Shown: positions 29,080 through 38,395 of the stretch, in pieces | Position numbering within the stretch: position 1 is the first letter of the stretch | Layout: every line of letters begins with the position of its first letter | Origin: an uncultured Bacteroidales bacterium | Lineage (GTDB): Bacteria; Bacteroidota; Bacteroidia; Bacteroidales; FEN-979 | DNA: 64,000 nt | Direction: 5' to 3' | Assembly (NCBI GenBank): GCA_903945175.1 | Contig: CAJAUM010000128.1 | Coordinates: forward strand, 4,459 to 68,458 | Made by a program: the position numbers and the translations under genes | Notes under the pieces: model-generated | What the model was told of the DNA's origin: nothing | The model's database searches: none | The model's input: only the letters and a program-made list of their open reading frames with translations

Positions 29080-31149
29080 TTACATATCAAGCTGGTTCAG
29101 AAGAAATTCAAAATCGACCATTATATTATCAATTCTTTGTTTGGTTGCCTGGCCGGAACCATGTCCCACATTGTAATCAATATAGAGCAGGATGGGATTG
29201 ATCTGCCCCGGATTGTTCTGGAGGGCTGCTGTGAATTTCTTGGCATGCAGCGGATCCACCCGGCTATCGTTTGCTCCGGTCCTCACCAGCATGGTCGGAA
29301 GGTTGATTCCCTGCCTGATATGATGGTAGGGGGAGTAGCTCAGCAGATTCCTGAAATCGACGTCATTGTCGGAAGAACCATACTCCGGAATCCAGTAGCG
29401 GGCGATCAGGAATTTATGAAAACGCACCATGTCCAGCAAGGGAACTGCACACATGACAGCTTTATACAAGTCAGGCCGCTGTGTGGCGATTGCGCCCATG
29501 AGCAAACCTCCGTTGCTGCCGCCCTCTGCGACAATCTTTCCAGTATTGGTGTACTTTTCATTCACCAGCCATTCGGCACAGGCATTGAAGTCGTCGAAAC
29601 AGTTCTGTTTATTGAGTAACATGCCGTCCTCGTGCCATTTTTCGCCATATTCATCCCCTCCGCGGATTCCTGGTTCAACAACCACTCCGCCACGGTTTAT
29701 AAAAGGGGCATAGTAGCCAAAATATCCGGGAGTTATACCGATTCTAAAACCGCCATAGGCGGTCAAAAATACGGGGTTATTTCCGTCCATTTTCATATCC
29801 TTCCGGTGAACGACGAGACATGGCACCCGGGTACTGTCTTTGGTGTAATAAAATTTAATTTCGCCAACGATGTTGCTCATCTCAATCGGCATTTTCCTTT
29901 CGTAATACAACCGCCATTTGAAGTTGCCTGGTGAAGCAACATACATTTTTCCGGGCGAAGTAAAGGTGCTCATATAAATATAAACAGAATCCTCTTCCCG
30001 GTCGAAACTAACGTAATTCACATTTCCGATTTCGGGTAATTCGATGGTTCTGATTATTTTCCCCCTGGCATCGTGGAGGGTGAGACGACTCTGAATATCT
30101 TTTTTATCCTGAACGATCAGCCTCCCGTCTTTTAGTACTTCAACATTCTGTAATACAGTTGCTCCTTCCGGAATAAGTACCTGCCAATCCTTGTAGGTGG
30201 GTTTTCCTTTGTCGGTAACCATGAAGCGATAGTTAGGCGCGTTGTCATTGGTCAAAATATAAAGTTTGTCTCCGATGGCATTGGGATATGCCTGGAACTC
30301 TTTGCTTTCATAAACCTGAACGCCTTCATCATTGGTTCCGGTTTTTCTCATTTTGCAGTCATTTGCATTGAAATTGCCCTCCCCATAAAAAGTCACATCG
30401 CTGTAACGGTTGTCATAAATATAATAGGAATCTTTGGCATCCTTTGTGGTTCCAATGAACTGAGCCTTTTCAACAGGGTCGCCCACCTTCCACAGGTAGC
30501 TCTTCAGTGGAGCCTGGCTGTCGACGTCTGCCTGGCTCCGTATGGTGAAATAGGCATGCTGCTGGTCTTTGGTCCATTGGTATCCGAAAATATTTTCCAG
30601 CGGAGGATACAAGATTTTTCCCGTCCGTGTGTCAATGATGTAGGTTGTGGATATCTCAGCCCCGCTTTTCTGAACGCTTACAGCAGCTCGTTCTCCATCA
30701 TAGGTGTATTGAACTGAAGTAGTAGCGGTTTTACCGGATGTGTCAAGTTTCACAGGGTCCCATATCTGAACCTTTTTTCCATCAAGAATGGTATAAACGG
30801 AAGATTGTTTGTCACCCTTTTTTTTGATGGTCTGGAATACCCTTTTCCCCTCTTTATTCAGCGGGCCTTCATAATCCATATCAATGTATGCAGCAACTTC
30901 CTCCCGAAGTCCCTGATGCTTCTTTTGTGTCGCATTCAGGTATTGAACCGTATAATCATGCTGAGCTTTTGTCCAGGCGACCACCTCCGGATTGGTCTTA
31001 TCTTCAAGCCAGCGGTAATTATCTGTCAGAAGAAATCCGTGAAGGGTATCCACTACTGGTTTTTTTTCGGTGGATGGCGGGTTAAACGGTACCTGGGCAA
31101 AACTGCCAAGTGACGACCCTAAAAGTAAAAGGATCAGATTTTTTTTCAT
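29080..31149 (-). CDS. S9A prolyl oligopeptidase family serine peptidase (secreted)
   Basis: Start at ATG 31149 (MKKNLILLLLGSSLGSFAQ signal peptide). N-terminal propeller region. Catalytic Ser in GGSNGGLL, Asp in GANDSRV, His in NVGHGSG. Confidence 0.9.
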   Translation of the reverse strand: MKKNLILLLLGSSLGSFAQVPFNPPSTEKKPVVDTLHGFLLTDNYRWLEDKTNPEVVAWTKAQHDYTVQYLNATQKKHQGLREEVAAYIDMDYEGPLNKEGKRVFQTIKKKGDKQSSVYTILDGKKVQIWDPVKLDTSGKTATTSVQYTYDGERAAVSVQKSGAEISTTYIIDTRTGKILYPPLENIFGYQWTKDQQHAYFTIRSQADVDSQAPLKSYLWKVGDPVEKAQFIGTTKDAKDSYYIYDNRYSDVTFYGEGNFNANDCKMRKTGTNDEGVQVYESKEFQAYPNAIGDKLYILTNDNAPNYRFMVTDKGKPTYKDWQVLIPEGATVLQNVEVLKDGRLIVQDKKDIQSRLTLHDARGKIIRTIELPEIGNVNYVSFDREEDSVYIYMSTFTSPGKMYVASPGNFKWRLYYERKMPIEMSNIVGEIKFYYTKDSTRVPCLVVHRKDMKMDGNNPVFLTAYGGFRIGITPGYFGYYAPFINRGGVVVEPGIRGGDEYGEKWHEDGMLLNKQNCFDDFNACAEWLVNEKYTNTGKIVAEGGSNGGLLMGAIATQRPDLYKAVMCAVPLLDMVRFHKFLIARYWIPEYGSSDNDVDFRNLLSYSPYHHIRQGINLPTMLVRTGANDSRVDPLHAKKFTAALQNNPGQINPILLYIDYNVGHGSGQATKQRIDNIMVDFEFLLNQLDM

Positions 31150-31168
31150 AATTGACTGTATTTTTCGG

Positions 31169-32848
31169 CTATAATTTAATGGCCCGGAGGATCTGTTGCC
31201 CCGAATTGCTGATAATGCGAACAAAATATAGGCCTGATGGCATTCCATCAAAATCATTCAGGGCCATGGTCGATGAAGTGTTCATGTAAATGTTGCGAAC
31301 GCCAATCACCTGACCGGTAACAGAAAGAATTTCAATTTTCACCTGTTCAGGATTTTTCCGGTCGTTTTTAATCCACGGAGAACCAGCGAAGGGAACCGGG
31401 AAAAGTGAATAACCATGCTGAGCTTCCTGCAAAGTCTGCGTGGTTGAAAGTAGCAACATGGCATTCATCATGTTGGGAATGCCATAGCCATAAAGACTAT
31501 CGGGTGATAATGCCCTGGAAGCAGTACTTCTCACAGCATCGCGAAGCACCTGGGCTGAAAATGTCTGGACTGATTGCCATAAGCAGGCCATGGCGCCTGC
31601 AACAACAGGAGAAGAAAAGGAGGTCCCGCTTCCCTGGACTACCCATCCCCCTCCGTCAACGACCGTGGTTCCCTGGCCCTGAGCGGTTACATCAGGCTTG
31701 ATTCGTCTGTCGTACGTTGGACCAGTTGAACTGAAAGAGGCATAAGTTCCCGAAGCATCAACTGCTCCGATTGACAGCACACTGTCTCCATCAGCGGGAG
31801 CACCAATGTAGTGCCAGGATTTATTCCCATCGTTTCCTGCGGAATTCACAACCATGATTCCGCGACTTGTGGCAAGATCGGCAGCCCGGGTCACTGGTGT
31901 GGTGTTGCCATCCATATCAGCATAGGTATGGTTGTAAACCGGGTTATCAAAGATGGTATATCCGAGTGATGAATTGATCACGTCTACCCCAAGACTATCG
32001 GCAAATTCAGCTCCTCCAGCCCAGTTGTACTCTTCAATGAGGGATTCATATTCACCTGCTTCAGTTCGGATAAGCCAGAAAGAGGCGTTTGGGGCGGTTC
32101 CGACCATTTGTCCCGGAAGGTTGCCTCCCATGATAGACAAGACACTGGTGCCATGGGTATGCATATTATCCCCGAAAACATTGTTGCCGGGGAGGTTGAA
32201 ATCACGGGTTCCGAGAATGCGATTGTTGAGCCAGAGACTGTCAAATGCAGAAATCTGATCTACATGATAAAATCCGGCATCCAGAACGGCAATCATCATA
32301 CCCTGGCCTGAAAAACCAAGGTTGTGCAGCGCATCCAGTGTGATCATATGCACCTGGTTATAGGCCTGTCCATAATTAAAACTGCCGGTTGATTTAGTTA
32401 TATTAACAGGCAGTGGTTTGTATAAGGTGTAAGGAGGGATCTCATCCATATGCATCATACCAGAGTTTGCCGGTACCTGTAAAGGATTTTTTGGAAGAAC
32501 CTGGTCGAGGTGATCAACAAAAGGAAGCGCGGCAATGGCTGATAATACAGCGGGATCATTTGTATTTACTACAACTGCATTAAACCATTTCAACGAATAA
32601 ACCACAACAGCACCGGTTGCCGCGATTTGGGTAACGTAGGAGGGTGTTACAGGAAGATCCTTTATGTCAAGGAGAATGGCTGATTTGATCCGGCGATCAA
32701 GTGAACGCTGCGTGAGAAATGCAGAGGGGTTAGTCAGTGTATATGGATTGTTGTTTTTATCTTTGAGAAAAACAACGTGTTTTTGCTCCTGGGCCGACAA
32801 GCCGTAGGTGAGCAACAACATGATGATCATTGTGAGTATTCGTTTCAT
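31169..32848 (-). CDS. S8 subtilisin-family serine peptidase with a T9SS C-terminal sorting domain
   Basis: Catalytic Asp (AVLDAGF), His (HGTSVLS) and Ser (GTSFSSPVVAG). C-terminus ...PSGLYFVRIISNSGQQILRAIKL. Confidence 0.9.
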   Translation of the reverse strand: MKRILTMIIMLLLTYGLSAQEQKHVVFLKDKNNNPYTLTNPSAFLTQRSLDRRIKSAILLDIKDLPVTPSYVTQIAATGAVVVYSLKWFNAVVVNTNDPAVLSAIAALPFVDHLDQVLPKNPLQVPANSGMMHMDEIPPYTLYKPLPVNITKSTGSFNYGQAYNQVHMITLDALHNLGFSGQGMMIAVLDAGFYHVDQISAFDSLWLNNRILGTRDFNLPGNNVFGDNMHTHGTSVLSIMGGNLPGQMVGTAPNASFWLIRTEAGEYESLIEEYNWAGGAEFADSLGVDVINSSLGYTIFDNPVYNHTYADMDGNTTPVTRAADLATSRGIMVVNSAGNDGNKSWHYIGAPADGDSVLSIGAVDASGTYASFSSTGPTYDRRIKPDVTAQGQGTTVVDGGGWVVQGSGTSFSSPVVAGAMACLWQSVQTFSAQVLRDAVRSTASRALSPDSLYGYGIPNMMNAMLLLSTTQTLQEAQHGYSLFPVPFAGSPWIKNDRKNPEQVKIEILSVTGQVIGVRNIYMNTSSTMALNDFDGMPSGLYFVRIISNSGQQILRAIKL

Positions 32849-32865
32849 GATTGGGATGTTTTTAC

Positions 32866-32873
32866 AAAGTTAA
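32866..32873 (-). promoter_or_regulatory. -7 promoter box TAACTTTG for the S8 peptidase gene
   Basis: The reverse complement reads TAACTTTG, 17 nt upstream of ATG 32848. Confidence 0.45.
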
Positions 32874-32910
32874 GGTTTATTCTACCACTCACGAAAAGTG
32901 TTTTTTGAAC

Positions 32911-35247
32911 TCATTTTATCTTCGGTTTCGGGCCCATTTCAAAGATCAATTCACCCCCCGCTATCAGGTCGGCATGGTCAATAAATGGTTCATCAAGGGA
33001 TTTTCCGTTGAGGGTTGTGGACTGGATATAGATGTTCCGATCATTGAATTCCCTTGCCCTGATGACGAGGGACTTTCCATCGGGCAAGGCAATGGTTGCT
33101 GAAGGAACGCAAGGGCTGCCAATGGCATATTGGGTGGTTCCCGGACAAACCGGATAAAATCCGAGCACACTGAAAAGATACCATGCACTCATTTGCCCGC
33201 AATCGTCATTGCCGCATAATCCATCGGGTTTGTTCTTATACATCGAGTTCACAATCAAGTGTACGCGCTCCGGGGTTTTCCAGGGCATCGATGTCCAGTT
33301 ATACAGATATGCAACATGATGGCTCGGCTCATTGCCATGCACATAGTTGCCGATGAGTCCTGACCGGGTTACATCTTCAGTTTCTGCAAAATATTTGTCA
33401 TCAAGATGCATGGTAAAAAGCGAATCGAGACGGCGTATGAATGGCTTTTCACCGCCCATCATCCCGATATAGTACAATACATCATGCGGAACATAGAATG
33501 AGTAGTTCCATGAATTTCCCTCGATAAAACCCTGTCCGTGGGTGCTGAGCGGGTCAAAAGGCGATTTCCATGTCCCATCGGATCTTCTGGCACGGATAAA
33601 TCTTGTGGAGGAATCGAACAGGTTTCGATAATTCAGGGATCGATCAGTAAAGCGCTGAAGCTGATCTTCTGCAAACTGTTTATCCTGATCTGATGGCTCT
33701 TTTGCAATGATCATTGCCCTGGCAAACCGGGCGATGGTATAATCATCATAAGCGTATTCCAGGGTTATAGAAGCGGAATGGCCCATTTTATCATCAGGAA
33801 CAAATCCATATTTCATGTAATCGGGGATGCCATCGTAATATGCATTGGTCGCAGTGGTCACACAGGCATTCAAGGCCTTCCTGGCATCAAATCCGCGAAT
33901 TCCCTTCACGTAAGCATCGGCAATTACCGGAACACTGTGGTATCCGATCATACACCAGTTTTCATTCCCGTGATGTGACCATACCGGCAGCATATGTTCA
34001 GGGCTCTGGTCGAAATGGGCCAGCATGGAGTTGACCATGTCTGAGGTGCGGTTTGGATACAGAAGAGCAAGAAGGGGGTGTTCGGCACGATAGGTATCCC
34101 AAAGTGAAAATGTAGTGTAATTGGTGAAGCCGGATGCTTTATGGATGTTCTGATCAATGCCCCTGTAAAGACTATCGACATCGTTATATACAACCGGTGA
34201 TTGCAGTGCATGATAAAGCGCCGTATAAAAGTTAATTTTCCGGTCAACAGATCCCTCAATCCGGATACGGTTAAGTTCATCTTCCCAGATGGTCCGGGCG
34301 GCTGCCCTGGTTTTCTCAAAATCCCAATGGGGGATCTCTGTCTGCAGGTTTTTCAGGGCACCTGCCATGCTTACGGCTGAAAGCCCGATCTTTATCTTGA
34401 TCATCTCTCCCTGTGCAGTACTGAAGTCAAAATGGGCCTGAATTTTTTTACCGGCCATTTCAGGAAAATTTTCCTGCTGGTTAAATTTTCGCCAGAATCC
34501 CTTGTAAACGGGTAGTTCCTGATTACGAAATCCATAACTGTCAAAGGGTTTGGAGAAACTCAGCGCAAAATAGATATATCTTGTCCGGGCCCATCCGCGG
34601 GTGATGCGGTACCCGGAGATGAGGGTGTCATTGTGCACCTGAACATAGGCCCACAAAACCTTGCCATCGTAATTGTAAATGCCATGAATCATATCGAGGA
34701 TGATGTGTGCGCTGTCGGATTCAGGGAAGGTATATTGATGAAAGCCCGCCCGTGAAGTGACAGTAAGTTCAGCTTCTACATCCGGATCATCCAGATGGAC
34801 CCGGTAATAACCCGGAGAGGCCTTTTCCGTCTCTTTACGGAACCGGGACCGGTAACCGTTTTCGGGATGATCTGCAGTTCCGGGGTTCAATTGCAGCTTC
34901 CCGACGGCAGGCATGATTAGAAAATCACCCAGATCGGAGTGACCTGTCCCGTTGAAATGCGTGTGACTGAATCCTACGATTGTTTTGTCGAGATACTGGT
35001 AGCCGGCGCAATAACGATAAACATCTGGGTTATATTTGCCATCTTTTTCATAGGGGACGGTATCTGTGTCAGGACTCAGCTGCACAAATCCAAAAGGAAC
35101 ACAAGCTCCAGGGAATGTATGGCCCATTTCCTGAGTTCCAATCAGTGGATTGACATATCCGGCAAGTGATTTTGATGGTGCAGGATTCTGGGCGGTTGTT
35201 GAACCAAGAACGAGCGTCCAGGCGATCAGAAGTGAAAAGGTCTTCAT
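32911..35247 (-). CDS. GH92 family glycoside hydrolase (alpha-mannosidase type)
   Basis: 778 aa with a signal peptide. Contains YVNPLIGTQEMGHTFPGACVPFGFVQLSPDT and other GH92 blocks (GNEPSHHVAYLY). Confidence 0.9.
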   Translation of the reverse strand: MKTFSLLIAWTLVLGSTTAQNPAPSKSLAGYVNPLIGTQEMGHTFPGACVPFGFVQLSPDTDTVPYEKDGKYNPDVYRYCAGYQYLDKTIVGFSHTHFNGTGHSDLGDFLIMPAVGKLQLNPGTADHPENGYRSRFRKETEKASPGYYRVHLDDPDVEAELTVTSRAGFHQYTFPESDSAHIILDMIHGIYNYDGKVLWAYVQVHNDTLISGYRITRGWARTRYIYFALSFSKPFDSYGFRNQELPVYKGFWRKFNQQENFPEMAGKKIQAHFDFSTAQGEMIKIKIGLSAVSMAGALKNLQTEIPHWDFEKTRAAARTIWEDELNRIRIEGSVDRKINFYTALYHALQSPVVYNDVDSLYRGIDQNIHKASGFTNYTTFSLWDTYRAEHPLLALLYPNRTSDMVNSMLAHFDQSPEHMLPVWSHHGNENWCMIGYHSVPVIADAYVKGIRGFDARKALNACVTTATNAYYDGIPDYMKYGFVPDDKMGHSASITLEYAYDDYTIARFARAMIIAKEPSDQDKQFAEDQLQRFTDRSLNYRNLFDSSTRFIRARRSDGTWKSPFDPLSTHGQGFIEGNSWNYSFYVPHDVLYYIGMMGGEKPFIRRLDSLFTMHLDDKYFAETEDVTRSGLIGNYVHGNEPSHHVAYLYNWTSMPWKTPERVHLIVNSMYKNKPDGLCGNDDCGQMSAWYLFSVLGFYPVCPGTTQYAIGSPCVPSATIALPDGKSLVIRAREFNDRNIYIQSTTLNGKSLDEPFIDHADLIAGGELIFEMGPKPKIK

Positions 35248-35312
35248 GATTGGAATATTTTAAACCTCTTTGTCCCCGTTTGGGATGTTCAGGATGCGTA
35301 TTCAGGCGTAAA

Positions 35313-35879
35313 TCACATATAAAAGAGCAGGAACAGTGCCGGAATAAGAATTCCGATGGCCGTAAGCCAGGCGCCACGCCCGACAATGCCGTTTTTTCCT
35401 CTCAACACAAACAGACCTGTGATGGCTAATACAATCAACCCGACTGCGTAAAGATCAGAAAACCAGGTATATAATTTTTTCAGATTGTTGTAATGCAGCA
35501 GATTCATCTCCTTGATCACATATCGTGTTGTTTTCCGCTCCATTTCAGCCTCTCCGGTATTCAGATCGACATAGACGAAACCCTTGGTGAGAAAAATCTG
35601 AACATATCCATCCCCTGTGATATAACTTTTATAATGATCTTTTTGATCTACCTCGTCCAGAACCTTAAAGATGTATGTTTGGGTAACAAGGCCATCTTTT
35701 GGAAGAGAAACCTTAAGTTCCTTGTAAGACTTCCCGTAGTCGGGATGTTGAAAATCTCCGGATTTAAAGTGATTGAGGACAATTCCTGAAATGGCGTATA
35801 TCAATGTCATGCCAACGCATAAATATCCGATGTCGCGGTGAAGCACATTGTTCCACCGGCGGAGTTTTTTAATCTGCAT
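35313..35879 (-). CDS. PepSY-associated TM-helix family membrane protein
   Basis: 188 aa. N-terminus KKLRRWNNVLHRDIGYLCVGMTLIYAISGIVLNH and a C-terminal pair of TM helices. Confidence 0.65.
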   Translation of the reverse strand: MQIKKLRRWNNVLHRDIGYLCVGMTLIYAISGIVLNHFKSGDFQHPDYGKSYKELKVSLPKDGLVTQTYIFKVLDEVDQKDHYKSYITGDGYVQIFLTKGFVYVDLNTGEAEMERKTTRYVIKEMNLLHYNNLKKLYTWFSDLYAVGLIVLAITGLFVLRGKNGIVGRGAWLTAIGILIPALFLLFYM

Positions 35880-35881
35880 AA

Positions 35882-36436
35882 CTACTTCAGTTCAATGAAT
35901 TTGGCTGCTTCGATGGAAAAGTTTGATAAATGATCCTTCCCGCTGTTTTTCAGGTCATCACGCAGGGAATTGATCGTTTCAAATTTATCAGCAACATCCT
36001 GATCTTCATGACCCTTTGCCCCGGTATGAACGCCAATATTGTGGTTTTCTTCAGGCTTTTTCAATTCAGCTTCCCATTCATTGAGGAATTTTGCATCGAT
36101 CCGTTCCTCCTTCAGTGTACCAAAAACACGAACACGGCTTCCAAGAAGGGGGTCCTCAAATTTGGCAATGGTGGGCCCTGTGGTGACTTCGATGCGGATA
36201 CTGTCAGTTCCATCAACCAGAAACATCCTTTTTCCACCATGCTTGCAAATGTGCATAACTGTTCCCTCAATGATTACAGGCTTGTCAATACAACTGTCGG
36301 CTTGTTTTTCGAACGTGAGCACAGTCAACAAGGTTGTGTCATTTTTGGTTTTGTCAGCAGTCTCTTTGGTCCCCTGGTTGCAGCCAGCCATCGTGAAAAA
36401 TATCACGAACATCAATGGAAAAAGTCTCGTTATCAT
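35882..36436 (-). CDS. Lipoprotein of unknown function (possible OB-fold)
   Basis: Lipobox FFTMAGC, a central beta-rich segment, and a His/acidic-rich tail. The stop lies 2 nt before the PepSY_TM gene start. Confidence 0.5.
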   Translation of the reverse strand: MITRLFPLMFVIFFTMAGCNQGTKETADKTKNDTTLLTVLTFEKQADSCIDKPVIIEGTVMHICKHGGKRMFLVDGTDSIRIEVTTGPTIAKFEDPLLGSRVRVFGTLKEERIDAKFLNEWEAELKKPEENHNIGVHTGAKGHEDQDVADKFETINSLRDDLKNSGKDHLSNFSIEAAKFIELK

Positions 36437-36603
36437 AGGATTATGTTTTGTTTATGGTGCAAAGATCATAAATTTTCTCCAAATTTTTACTATTATTTCA
36501 GTAAAACCTTTGTACGCATTGAACGAACCTATTTCAACCGCGGATAAAAATTGCTATACACCTATTATTTACGTACATATGTCGGCTATGCCTTTTAAAT
36601 GCG

Positions 36604-36611
36604 TATCTTTG
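36604..36611 (+). promoter_or_regulatory. -7 promoter box TATCTTTG for the RRM protein gene
   Basis: TAnnTTTG match 143 nt upstream of ATG 36755, implying a long leader. Confidence 0.5.
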
Positions 36612-36754
36612 CAGCGGCTTTTGAGTATTCACAGATCCACAAGGCAAGCCATTCAGTCGTTATTACCTCCTCGAAGTTGTATCGCCGCCGGTTCCTTTTC
36701 GTGATTGAAGCTTAAAATCACCAGTCAATTAGTATTCATTCACAAACACAGTAC
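36612..36754 (+). promoter_or_regulatory. Putative structured 5' leader of the RRM RNA-binding protein gene
   Basis: About 140 nt of non-coding sequence between the promoter box and the ATG. Includes hairpin GTGATT(36701-36706)/AATCAC(36716-36721) and GGCTT(36616-36620)/AAGCC(36646-36650). Confidence 0.35.
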
Positions 36755-37114
36755 ATGAAAAACATTTTTGTATCAAATTTGAGTTTCAGGATCAACGATG
36801 AAGATCTGAAACAGGCCTTCGCTGATTATGGAGCCGTAAATTCAGCTAAAGTTATTAAAGACAATTTTTCAGGAAGATCACGCGGATTTGGTTTCGTGGA
36901 AATGACCAATGATGAAGAGGCGGATAAAGCCATTGAAGAATTAAACAATGCCGAATTCGACGGTAAGGTAATGACCGTTTCAGTAGCACGTCCGAAAACG
37001 GATCGCAAACCTGGTGGTTTTAGTGATGCACGTGGCGGCGGTGGGCACAGTGATTCACGCAGTGGCGGAGGCTATGGTGATAAATCACGCGGCGGATTTA
37101 AAAAAAGATTTTAA
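36755..37114 (+). CDS. RRM-domain RNA-binding protein with a Gly/Arg-rich tail
   Basis: RNP2 motif IFVSNL, RNP1 motif RGFGFVEM, and a C-terminal GGGGHSDSRSGGGYGDKSRGG. Confidence 0.9.
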   Translation: MKNIFVSNLSFRINDEDLKQAFADYGAVNSAKVIKDNFSGRSRGFGFVEMTNDEEADKAIEELNNAEFDGKVMTVSVARPKTDRKPGGFSDARGGGGHSDSRSGGGYGDKSRGGFKKRF

Positions 37115-37196
37115 CTGATTTATTCTTCGAGTGCTGAATTCGTAAGTGCCCCTCTGTTTTTTTTCATAATATTGTTTATGGATAAACCGGGCACTT

Positions 37197-38369
37197 ATGA
37201 ATAGATGCGCTTTCCTTTCATTTCTTTGTTTTTTCCTTCTATCCTGCGCTTTCCCTCAGACAAAACAGGAGTTTGCCAATGCCGATGACCTGGCAAAATC
37301 TGCGCCTGATTCAGTTGAATCTTCCATCAGTTCACTTTCTGATTATTTTCTGGAATACCTGGCCTCCGAAAAGGAGCTGATCAGGGCATTTTATTTTTGG
37401 ACTTCGAACGAAATTGAATATGATATTGAAAACATGTTTAACTTCAGTTCTTCTGATAATCCCAAAACAATCATAACTGAGACCCTGCACAAGAGGAAAG
37501 CAGTATGCCAGGGGTATGCCGAAGTGTTTCATGAATTGTGTGAAATGGCCGGGATCGAAAGTTTTGTCGTATTTGGATATACAAAACAAAATGGACACGT
37601 GGTATTAATTAATCATGCCTGGGCTGTTGCCCGGATTGATACCAATTGGTATTTTTTTGATCCAACCTGGGGAAGCGGCGCTGTTATTAATGGAAAGTTC
37701 ACCAGAAAATTCACTGATGAATATTTCTTGGTTAAACCTGTTAATTTTATAAAAAGTCACATGCCATTCGACCCTCTTTGGCAGTGTTTGTATAATCCAA
37801 TTTCACCGGACAATTTTGCTCAGGGAAGATCCCCCGGAAAAGCATCTGGAAATTACTTTAATTACCTTGATAGTATTGATGTTTACAAACAATCTACAAC
37901 CCAGGAAAAGCTCATAGGTTCCCTACGTCGTATTCAACAAAATGGGGGGACGAATAAAGCACTTATAGAATATCAGGATTACCTGACAACCAATCTTGAA
38001 ATTGTCCGGTACAACAAGCAAAATGAGATACAAAAAGAGCAGGTGGACAAATTTAATCTTGCTGTTCATCATTACAACACAGGTACACGTCTTCTTAATG
38101 ATTATATTGCCTATTGGAACCGGCAATTTAAACCAATTCGATCGGATGCAGAGATCAGGCGAATGGTTGATACGTGTGATTATCAGTTAACCCGAAGTCG
38201 TCAAATACTTGCAGAAGTTCAACCGCAGGAGGAGGCGCTCAGGAAAAACATGGATATGCTTTCAACCAATGTTCAGGAGATTCAGAAACGGGTTGACGAG
38301 CAAAAGAATTTTCTTAGAGAATATTTTGCAACATCAAAGAGTTTACGGGCATCATTGTTCAGGAAATAA
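37197..38369 (+). CDS. Transglutaminase-like (papain-fold) domain protein, secreted, with a helical C-terminal half
   Basis: Signal peptide. Catalytic-triad contexts are present: Cys in KAVCQGYAEVFHELC, His in NHAWAVARI, and Asp in FFDPTWG. Confidence 0.8.
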   Translation: MNRCAFLSFLCFFLLSCAFPQTKQEFANADDLAKSAPDSVESSISSLSDYFLEYLASEKELIRAFYFWTSNEIEYDIENMFNFSSSDNPKTIITETLHKRKAVCQGYAEVFHELCEMAGIESFVVFGYTKQNGHVVLINHAWAVARIDTNWYFFDPTWGSGAVINGKFTRKFTDEYFLVKPVNFIKSHMPFDPLWQCLYNPISPDNFAQGRSPGKASGNYFNYLDSIDVYKQSTTQEKLIGSLRRIQQNGGTNKALIEYQDYLTTNLEIVRYNKQNEIQKEQVDKFNLAVHHYNTGTRLLNDYIAYWNRQFKPIRSDAEIRRMVDTCDYQLTRSRQILAEVQPQEEALRKNMDMLSTNVQEIQKRVDEQKNFLREYFATSKSLRASLFRK

Positions 38370-38395
38370 CCTATCATTTTTAACCATGTACGTTT

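Noticed and set aside
36437-36603. A possible tRNA or sRNA gene in the largest non-coding stretch of the window.
   Set aside because: I could find no cloverleaf-compatible arms, no conserved tRNA boxes and no terminator. The region most likely holds the divergent promoters of the lipoprotein operon and the RRM gene.
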